A stretch of DNA of 64,000 nucleotides from Macrostomum lignano (Eukaryota), in NCBI GenBank assembly GCA_002269645.1, contig NIVC01001705.1, positions 62,001 through 126,000 of the forward strand, given 5' to 3'. Position numbers and translations under genes: made by a program. Each line of letters starts with the position of its first letter. The stretch's first letter is position 1. Below, in pieces: positions 54,224 through 64,000 of the stretch. The notes beneath the pieces were generated by a model, which was given only the letters and a program-made list of their open reading frames with translations, did no database searches and was not told where the DNA came from.

Positions 54224-54972
54224 CAGGGGTCGGCCAACTTTTTTATCTCAAGGGACAGATGAGGAAGGAAAGCAGAGGGAATAAAGGCCAAAGAGGAGAG
54301 AGAGAGAGAGATGATCATGAGATGAGATATGGTTTCAGAAAAGATGAGAGGGAAGAGAAGAGATGAGAAAATATGAGATGAGAGAGGAGAGAGGAGAAAA
54401 GGGAGAGAGGAGAGAGGAGAAAAGGGAGAGAGGAGAGAGGAGAAAAGGGAGAGAGGAGAGAGGAGAAAAGGGAGAGAGGAGAGAGGAGAAAAGGGAGAGC
54501 GGAGAGAGGAGAAAATGAGAGAGGAGAGAGGAGAAAAGGGAGAGAGGAGAGAGGAGAAAAGGGAGAGAGGAGAGAGGAGAAAAGGGAGAGAGGAGAGAGG
54601 AGAAAAGGGAGAGAGGAGAGAGGAGAAAAGGGAGAGAGGAGAGAGGAGAAAAGGAGAGAGGAGAGAGGAGAAAAGGGAGAGAGGAGAGAGGAGAAAGGGA
54701 GAGAGGAGAGAGGAGAAAAGGGAGAGCGGAGAGAGGAGAAAAGGAGAGAGGAGAGAGGAGAAAAGGGAGAGAGGAGAGAGGAGAAAAGTGAGAGAGGAGA
54801 GAGGAGAAAAGGGAGAGAGGAGAGAGGAGAAAAGGGAGAGAGGAGAGAGGAGAAAAGGAGAGAGGAGAGAGGAGAAAAGGGAGAGAGGAGAGAGGAGAAA
54901 GGGAGAGAGGAGAAAAGGAGGTAAAAGAGTTGAGAAAAGACCTCTTAAGCGGGCCGAAGCTGCCGACCCCTG
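54224..54972. mobile_element. Non-autonomous hAT (Charlie-like) element filled by a 23-bp purine-rich array (GAGAGGAGAGAGGAGAAAAGGGA)n at ~54370-54915
   Basis: Termini CAGGGGTCGGC (54224) and GCCGACCCCTG (ending 54972); flanking 8-mers TACAGTAA and CTCAGCAA match 5/8. Confidence 0.65.
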
Positions 54973-56679
54973 CTCAGCAAATTTCAAAAATCTTTCTTGC
55001 GAAATCAAATATCCCCTGGAGCCGACCATTGGCCTAAAAGTACAAAAAAGTTATTTTGAAACTACAAATCAAACATAGGATTCTCGATATTTCTCGATGT
55101 TTTGATTTACCAATATCAAGAACCAGATGTTTAATTATGCTAATAAGCATTTTAAAATGGAGTTGCTTTAGTAATTGTGCTGCTGACCTTGTCTTCTCTG
55201 TATTAAAATGCTTGCTTAATCATCAGTTGCAATATGTTAGTTGGTGAGCCACTCGATGCTAACTGAGGTTAAAACTGTAGACAAAAAACGATATTGTCGC
55301 AATATCTGGCCACTTAATACCCCGCACGATTCCCTTCCCTATCGAAATGTAGAAAAACTTTCCGCTGGCGGACTTCGGCCTCCGAAAAAAGGGGCCTCGA
55401 TTGAATTGGAGCGTCGCGGTGACACCAATATCGTTTTCGGCTTGCTTTTCCGCTTCAGCTATTCCCGCGGCATACTGCACCGCCCTCACCCAAGTTAAGA
55501 TAAACAGAACGACTTGAAAGAGATTTTACGCTAGTTTTTTATATTGTAATTGGCTTGAATAAATTTTCTTTATCAGATCTGGGCCGGCGCCGATGTGACG
55601 GGGGAGACAAGCAGCTCCATTCGTCAAGTATTTGTTCATGCAGCCATAAAAGTTGTTTAAGAAATGTTTATCACGTGACGGAAGCGTGCCCTACATACAC
55701 CTGAGAATGGTTCCCGAGAAACCAAAGTCACTTACAGGCTAATTTTTAATATTCAATTTTGCACTCTATAGGCGTTGTCACGAGGCCTTCTCGACGCTGT
55801 CTTGCACTTGCACCGTAGCACCAGGCGTAGCTCTTGTTTTGCATTAATTCAGTGCGGTCGGAGCTGCCAGAATACAAAATGCACAGTTGAGGGCTATGCG
55901 CGACTTTGACTCTCTGCTAATAGTGCACGCTGCATGACCTCTCTCCCACCAACTCCTTCATCTCTCCTCTCGTCCACCCTTCTGTCTCTCACTCTACCTC
56001 AGTGAAATAAAATGAACAATAAAACCACCCTAAGTCACGTGGTTCGTCGCCGTCGGTCATTTTTGCAAAGTTTCTTTTTAATTTGACAATATAGCCCAGA
56101 TTCGGGCAAACTGAATATCAAATACAGCTCATTAATCATTTCATTTCTATTCACTCGTGAGCGTGTGTAGAGCAAAGTTACTCGTTAACGGAGCGCTCTT
56201 GAACTCATGGCGCCCAAAATTTTTTGGTCTTGTCTTCTGTTCTCAAACTTAGTTGTACCAGTCAGTTGAATTGGGCTCTGGTTGCAGCGGGGCTGCGCAG
56301 GGGACCAACAATATATATATAAATAAATAACACTTGAAGCCAAAATGCAAGTAAATGCACCAGGCTTATTGTGCATTTAACTGTGTATGAGAATTTTTAG
56401 TTTAGTCCTATAGTACGTTAGGTTGTCAGAGGGCCGAGCGCTTAAACCCTATGGCTAATAGAGTTTAGCACAACTGGACAAATTTGGGTGCAGCTGACCA
56501 TGCACAGGGGAGGGTAGGTTCTCTGTGAGTGCGCACTACTTATTTTCTTGTTGAGCGAACCTAGCAAAATTGGCATGGTTAATTACTAAACCTTACTCCA
56601 TATTTTGGTCTGCGTTTTAAACTACGTCTGGTATCTCTGTTTCTACTTGTTTGTAGCTTCTCTCTATGCTTGTGCATTT

Positions 56680-57600
56680 GTCTACTTCTCTATCTACTGG
56701 TGTCTATGTGCTTGTCTACTTCTCTATCTACTCGTGTCTATGTGCTTGTCTACTTCTCTATCTACTCGTGTCTATGTGCTTGTCTACTTCTCTATCTACT
56801 GGTGTCTATGTGCTTGTCTACTTCTCTATCTACTGGTGTCTACGTGCTTGTCTACTTCTCTATCTACTGGTGTCTATGTGCTTGTCTACTTCTCTGTCTA
56901 CTGGTGTCTACGTGCTTGTCTACTTCTCTATCTACTGGTGTCTATGTGCTTGTCTACTTCTCTATCTACTGGTGTCTATGTGCTTGTCTACTTCTCTATC
57001 TACTGGTGTCTATGTGCTTGTCTACTTCTCTATCTACTGGTGTCTATGTGCTTGTCTACTTCTCTATCTACTGGTGTCTATGTGCTTGTCTACTTCTCTA
57101 TCTACTGGTGTCTATGTGCTTGTCTACTTCTCTATCTACTGGTGTCTATGTGCTTGTCTACTTCTCTATCTACTGGTGTCTATGTGCTTGTCTACTTCTC
57201 TATCTACTGGTGTCTATGTGCTTGTCTACTTCTCTATCTACTGGTGTCTATGTGCTTGTCTACTTCTCTATCTACTGGTGTCTATGTGCTTGTCTACTTC
57301 TCTATCTACTGGTGTCTATGTGCTTGTCTACTTCTCTATCTACTGGTGTCTATGTGCTTGTCTACTTCTCTATCTACTCGTGGCGAGGTGTCTGTCTACT
57401 TGTCTACTTCTCTATCTACTCGTGGCGATGTGCTTGTCTACTTCTCTATCTACTCGTATCTATGTGCTTGTCTACTTCTCTATCTACTCGTATCTAAGTG
57501 CTTGTCTTCTACTTCTCTATCTACTCACGTGTGTACCTGTTTACTTCTCTCTCTACTCATGTGTGTACCTGTCTACTTCTCTATCTATTTCCTCATTTCC
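56680..57600. repeat. 34-bp minisatellite (CTACTGGTGTCTATGTGCTTGTCTACTTCTCTAT)n
   Basis: Period 34 (57001, 57035). Confidence 0.96.
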
Positions 57601-58439
57601 CACAGTCAAGTCCAACAAAAATTCTCTCAGTAAAGTTCTCTCAAGCCAAATATTATTTGCTTCAAAACCTCAGCAATCTTGCTTGCGAAATCAAAGCAAC
57701 ACGATAGATAGCGTTCTTGTTATGCATTTCGGTCGATATCACGTGAGCAAACACGGGGGTTACAGCTTTTTCCGGGTTTTCTGTGAATCAAGCAGGTGAA
57801 GAATATATGTATAATTTGAGCAGCCACGAAAAGCATGCCCTCAAACTGAGATTCGCTCCAATAAGCACTCCGACCGAGTGTTAAAGTTATTCTGCATGCA
57901 TTAATTAGTTAGCAAACTAATTTATTGTGCCCCGTTCACTAGTAAATGGAGAAAATAAAGTTGAAGGCCAATTATCATGACAAAAATGAGTCACGAGTTC
58001 TAGAAATGGATCTTTCTTGAGCAGGCCCACTTGATTTTCGACAAGCTCTTATCATTTGGTTTAGTATTTACCTCAGAAGCCCCTCGAACTGTGCTCTTAT
58101 CGCCAAAATGCACTCAAAATCAGCTGTAAAAAAGCAGCATTCTTGCAGTGCCTCACGCTCGACAAGCACAATTTTTTAGAATATGAAAACTTCAACCCGC
58201 TGTCTTTATCAGCGATAGACAGTGACAGCAGCAAGGCAAGCAATCAATTCTTTAAAAAATGTTTTACTGTCAATCAACTGGTAAAAAAATTGCGCCATTG
58301 TATCAGCGTCAGTGCAAATGTACTTTTATGACCCCAGGCGTGACTGGGGTAGTCAATTACAATATTTTGTCTGGGCAGCTTGCTCATGCATTCATGCTTT
58401 GACTAACAAATTTATAAATTTTAGTTTACTTGCGTTAAC

Positions 58440-58710
58440 TAGCCTTCCCCTCTCCTAGCCCGCCTTCCCCTCTCCTTCCCCGGCCTTCCCCTCTCCTTCC
58501 CCGCCTTCCCCTCTCCTGACGCCTTCCCCTCTCCTTCCCCGCCTTCCCCTCTCCTTCCCCGCCTTCCCCTCTCCTTCCCCGCCTTCCCCTCTCCTAGCCC
58601 GCCTTCCCCTCTCCTTCCCCGCCTTCCCCTCTCCTTCCCCGCCTTCCCCTCTCCTTCCCCGCCTTCCCCTCTCCTTCCCCGCCTTCCCCTGTCCTTCTCT
58701 CCTTCTCTCC
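58440..58710. repeat. 20-bp pyrimidine-rich minisatellite (GCCTTCCCCTCTCCTTCCCC)n
   Basis: Period 20 (58561, 58581). Confidence 0.93.
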
Positions 58711-59521
58711 CCTGCTTCGATCTTCTCTTCATATCCCTTTTCCTTTGAATCCTTTCCTTTCACACAAACGAAAATTACCACCTCATGGTGCAGAATCAAA
58801 GACAGCCGGTCTGCTTTCGAGAAAATCATTTTAATTGGAGCTCTAAAACCTGCATGTGAGGAGACTTCCTGCTGTTTTTCTGAGTCTGCAGCTTCACAAA
58901 AGCCTTTGCGAAAATGAAGCCAGCTGCTGTCACTTATCCATCATGGCCCTTCCCTGCTCTAATTGCCCCCCCCGCCGGAAAACCCGTCTTTTGAGCGGAC
59001 AGCGCTGAGTTTCAGGCTCTCTTCTTCTGCTTCTAATTATAAACTCTTTTTAGCCAGCTATCGTAGCTAAAAGCAATTTCGAGGCCTGAGACTGCTGTTG
59101 ACTGACTGGGAGAGAGCAGAAAAGTACTTTTTAGGATAGGACTAAAAGAAGCAACAGGTCAAAGCATGGATTCGATGTTTTTGCAAGATTTTGCCTGTTT
59201 ATTGATGATCTGGGGAGTTACCAATATTATCGCAGCTCCGAAACTTCATTGATCCTAAACTTAACTTCAGAGCGCGTCTACAAATTTCTACCAAAGAAAT
59301 TCATTTTAATCTTAACTTTAAAATAGTGCTCTTGGACACCTTCGCAGTGTTTGCCATAGAGTGCTGTGACTTTAGGAAATAACGAAAATTTGTGCATTTC
59401 TTTTCTAAAAAAAGTTTTAGATAGAACAAGCCTTTAAAACTTTTCCAGGAATACAAAAGGTAAAATTTGTTATAATACATGTGTTTAACATTAGACTTGT
59501 CTTACGAAATATTATTGTTAT

Positions 59522-59718
<197 letters not shown>

Positions 59719-59726
59719 GCTCTCCG

Positions 59727-61610
59727 TCACAGCGAGCCACTGAGCTCCTGCATTGTCTTGCAAGTCAAGCGCAGAGGCAGACAGAGCGAGATGATCAGGC
59801 GGGGCTTTCGACCAAATGCCCAGTCTATCAGTCGATGCAGCCAATAGTAGCTGGTCTCCATGTGCTCGGCATAGTTCAGCTTGAGCACGTAGCTAAACTC
59901 AACGCCGCGGTCCATACTGTGGCTGACAACGCTAGACAGAACTCCGGTGACAAAGTTGATGAACACTATGGGCACCAGAATGATAAAGACGAACAGAGTT
60001 ACTAGCAGGTCCAGACGATCAAACGTCGGAGCAAACGTGCTCGTATCGACAACGTTCAGTGTGAGCAGGAAGGCCCAATAGAAGGACTCCATGAATTTCG
60101 GCTGCTGCTGACTCGCACTGATGTTGCTCGCCTGCTTCAGCTGCTGCTGCTGCTGCTGTTGAAACCGGCCAGACGCCTGGAACAGGCGGGCGAACAGCAC
60201 CAGCAGTAGGACGTAGCAGATTAAAAAATTGCCAAACATTGCAAAGCTGTTGTAGAAGCTGTTAGTGAATCTCGACACTCCGGGAATGAGACGGCTTAGC
60301 AGCAGGATGAATAAGACACTGAAGAGGGCGTGTACCAGCATCAGGCAGCCGATGAGCGGTTGCAGCTGCTCCATGCCGAGGCTATCGCAGGCTGCAGCAG
60401 GTGCCACCATCAGCAGCAGCATTGTCAGAGCTAGCAGGCCGCAGGACAGATACGGAAAATACCACTGCATGACGAGTCTGAAGCTTCCAGCCGAGGCGCT
60501 CGGATAGCCAACTCTGCGTCTGTAGCGGTATTTGCGAACAGCTCCGAGCCCAGGCACCACGAGCTGCCAGACGCTCACAGCTAGGCTGTAGGCAATGGTG
60601 ACTTTGAAACCCGTTGGCAAGGCGACTCCGCTAGTGTTTGTGCACGCCTCGACCAGGTGATCGCTAACCGTGTAGTCAAAGAAGAATAGCGTCAGAGTGA
60701 GATGGAAAATTCGCTCGATAATGTTTGTCAACAATAGCCAGCGACTGCGAGAGAACATGGCATCGACCCAGGAGGCAATGACCAACGGCTGTCGGAAAAT
60801 CTCCATTCTGCGCAGAGCGTCCAGCTGCGTCTCGCACACGTCGGCCATGATTGCCAAAGGCGTCAGGAATCGTTCCGGTCCCGGGCAGACAGAGTCGGAC
60901 AAGTCTATCTTGACGTGCTCCATTGCGCCAGCAACGCGAGTCACAACTCCGCAGCTGTGGTTGCGTTACATCAGCTTCTCAACGATATGCACCTGGCCGG
61001 TGTACACACCCCAGTCCAGCGGCCTCATGCCAAAGCTGTTCACCTGACGAGACATTTGATCGACCTGGTCTGGGGTGAAAAAACCCTTAATAAAAAACCG
61101 GATGTATGCGAACTGGGTGCTTAATGATAGCCGACCGTCTGAGTCTTGATCCAGCACCTTTAGTCCCAGAAATAGCACGTGATAAGCATTGAAACCGTAC
61201 TCACTGACCTCGGCCAGGTTCAACTGTGGAGCGGAAGTTTTGATAAACTCGCAACAGCGCTTAGCATTGAACATGACAGCCATAAGGAAAGGATTTGTCG
61301 GCTGCTGATGAATGCCACGAAGGGCTGTAATTTGCTTCGATATCGAGCTCGAACTTGAGCTGCTCCGGAATTCCGGCGGGCAATAGCGAATATGATTGCT
61401 TGTATCACGGCTGGTTAGGAAGTTCAGCCAGGTGTCCGGGCATCTTTGAGAGAATCTTCTCAGCGCTGCCTCGTCGTCTTGAAGGAGGCAGCGAATTAGT
61501 AGAGGCCACTGGCTCTCGCCGATGTAGTCTGATATGTTAAAGATCGACTCATTGTTGTTCTGAGGCTTCGGACTGCCTGCAGCAAGGGGAGCGAGCCGAA
61601 TCGTCCTCAT
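59727..61610 (-). pseudogene. Intronless divergent TRPV-like cation channel frame (ankyrin repeats + 6 TM + pore), interrupted by one in-frame TAA at 60968-60966; pseudogene, null allele or sequence error
   Basis: ORFs 60966..61610 and 59727..60944 are in the same frame, joined by TAA CGC AAC CAC AGC TGC GGA GTT. Ankyrin-like PFLMAVMFN, GFNAYHVL, NSFGMRPLDWGVYTGQVHIVEKLM; S5-pore-S6 FGNFLICYVLLLVLFARLF...SFYWAFLLTLNVVD...IVFINFVTGVL resembles TRPV5/6 FELFLTIID...LLMLNLLIAMM. Confidence 0.7.
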
Positions 61611-62631
61611 GGAGAAGTATAAAGTTCGAAAAAGAAGAGACAGTTTAAAAAAAGAGTAGCTCGTAAATCATCGCTGTTTTTATACCCGTCAACGCGCCAA
61701 TGCAAAAATAATTAGCTAATGCTTCCTCCATTATTTGATCAATGCAGCTAGCGCTGAAAAAGGCTTCAGAACGCCCAGGCGTTAATGAAAAGCACGGGGG
61801 CAGGGCACTTGATTTTATGTAACTTCGCTTGTAATTGTCCCTTGACAAAGAGTAAGACGGAAGTCAAAGTGATACCGTATGTTAGTTTGCTCGATTGTTG
61901 TGACCAAGATGCTAATACAGCCTGGTGAGCAATCTAATATTTTAGAGTGAAGGACATGAAAGTGTGTAATAAATGTACACTTATGGGTCGCAAGCATAAC
62001 GAACTACATGTACATACATATGAACTATACTAGCTGTAATTCCGTTGATTGATTTGTCGCGTCAAACAGGGACGAATAGTAGAGTATACTCGTACTGAAG
62101 TAGTCACTACGTAATGTGCAGATTCTGCCGGGTTTTGGAGGTGAGGTGGGTGTCAGAGCCAATGCAAATTCAACGCCTATCTAAATACATTAGACCGATT
62201 CTAATTGGTCCAGAGTCATTATGTGAGACATTTATACTCTCATGTAAAATCTATACATGTAATCAGTGTACACTGTATCGTACAGAAGCGACGACCAGTA
62301 CAATATAGTACGCATAATTAGCGCTTCACCGTTGTTGTACGTAGAAACGCGCGCGCCCCCATCCCCACACAATGCAGCATTGGTGTACGCAGAATTAACT
62401 GTCCATATTAACTGTCCATATACCCAAAATTGGCAGAATTAGCGCGCGCCCACCCACCCCATAACGTCTATATTATTACTTGTCCATATTTACTGTCCAT
62501 CCCAAAATTGGTGTACGCGCAGAATTGTAGCGCCCGCCCACCCCATAACGGTCCATCGGAGAATGTAGGTTTGAATATGCTGATAATTTATTCAAAATCA
62601 CTTATAAAATACACATACTTTCATATAGAGG

Positions 62632-63478
62632 CGGGCCTGTACAAACTCTCGCCAAGCGATGGGGTCGAGGTTGCGTCATCCAAGCCTCTCCCCAAGTCAG
62701 ACCCCAAATGCAGGACTGTGTTGAAGCAGTGCTTTATATTTCTATATTGACAGTGTGGATGATACAAGACCTTTAATTGGTAATTATCAACTGCTACTGC
62801 TTTACGGTATATCCTCACCCCTCGAAGCCCCTATACTGAATGTTGAATCACCCTTTAACTCCGGACCATAGTCAAATTCAACCCTGTTCGAAAACAGCCA
62901 CCCCTCCGATGTTCACCAGACTCGTCTTCACAGCGCAGACCCCATAACAAATCGAGCTAAATTTTAACACTCGCCCCTGTTCTCTCTGTCCCCCCTTCTA
63001 AATGCCAAGGAATTTCGACCCTATCTCCATTTTCAGTGTACAGACAGATCTTTCCACAGCACAGACCCTCGGGCCTGTACAAACTCTCGCCAAGCAATGG
63101 GGTGGAGGTTGCGTCATTCAAGTCTCTCCCCAAGTCTGCCCCCCAAATACAAGACTGTTGAAGCAGTGCTTTATATATCTATTGACAGTGAGTATGATAC
63201 AAGACGCTTCGTCGCGCTTTAATTACAGTAAACCATCCCCTCGAAGCTCCTATACTGAATGCTGAATCACCCTTTAACTCGGACCATAGTCAAATTCAAC
63301 CCTTTTCGAAAACAGCCACCCCTCCGATGTTCACCAGACACAGCGCAGACCCCATAACAAATCGAGCTAAATTTTAACACTCGCCCCTGTTTTCTCTGTC
63401 CCCCCTTCTAAATGCCAAGGAATTTCGACCCTCTCTCCATTTTCAGTGTACAGACAGATCTTTCCACAGCACAGACCA
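62632..63478. repeat. Tandem duplication of a ~438-bp unit (1.9 copies)
   Basis: CGGGCCTGTACAAACTCTCGCCAAGC starts at 62632 and 63070; the copies differ by scattered substitutions and small indels. Confidence 0.9.
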
Positions 63479-64000
63479 TATATTAAACTTCAAAACCCCT
63501 CTCTTCTCCGATTACGTCATCCATGCCGCCCCAGATAGCAAGAAACCAACTTTTAATGCACACATCAACCCCGCGAGCAAATCCGAGTCCGCCAACCTCT
63601 ACCTGCATTGACAAACCCCAGCTGCATTTGTAAATGTACACAGCCTATGAATCAGTGTCTCCACCGCATGCAATTCTGATTTACTTGATCTAAACTTTGT
63701 AAGTAGTATAAGTCACCCTTGCGTTTACTAGAAGTAGTGAAGTCCACAAATTTAAATACGTGAGGCTATTCAATTCTGCCTCTCCGCCTCCCCTACCTTC
63801 TCACTTCAAGCTTTCAGACTTGGTCTTTGAGACGGTCGGTTTAATCTGTTAGAAGCAGGAATGAATCATGCACTGACCTCTCCATACAAAGTAAAGTTGG
63901 AATTTCAGACAAGAAATTTGGTTATTTTAAAAGCTAAATGACTAGAAATGCACATTTTTTCATTAAAATGCAGCTTTTTACAGTTTTTTTACGATTTTAA

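Noticed and set aside
56605-57799. Hydrophobic, membrane-protein-like ORFs of 275-377 aa
   Set aside because: All three frames of a 34-bp minisatellite; no real TM topology.
60955-60992. Small intron removing the TAA in the TRPV-like frame
   Set aside because: The 38-nt GT-AG candidate shifts the frame. The frame-preserving candidate (GTAACGCAACCACAG) is only 15 nt, far below normal metazoan intron size.

Overview
Eukaryotic (invertebrate-type, species not determinable from sequence) genomic DNA with spliceosomal genes embedded in a very dense patchwork of unrelated mini- and microsatellites. Most ORFs in the supplied track are artefacts of these repeats. Supported genes: (1) a 3-exon Shaw/Kv3-like voltage-gated K+ channel on + (18826-19293, 29886-30636, 35236-35945; 642 aa, all junctions GT-AG and in phase); (2) an SLC6 Na+-coupled amino-acid transporter most similar in motif to glycine transporters on - (8 in-phase exons, 51383 to 41744; start exon uncertain); (3) an intronless ankyrin + 6TM TRPV-like channel frame on - (61610-59727) broken by a single in-frame TAA; (4) an orphan first coding exon on - (5773-5507). 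Mobile DNA: two decayed RNase H-bearing non-LTR retrotransposon fragments (183-1719 +, 39310-40297 -), the second interrupted by a histone H3 fragment between 6-bp direct repeats; three copies of a tRNA-derived CORE-like SINE; two non-autonomous hAT-type elements that each carry a tandem array; and a 320-bp-arm inverted repeat. No prokaryotic systems, CRISPR arrays, rRNA or genuine tRNA genes were found. Most interesting: the H3-in-LINE chimera, the substituted Na1 site of the SLC6, the non-canonical S6 gate of the Kv, the one-stop TRPV-like frame, and complementary minisatellites at the two ends of one SLC6 intron. Family assignments are from motif recognition by eye; no database search was run.
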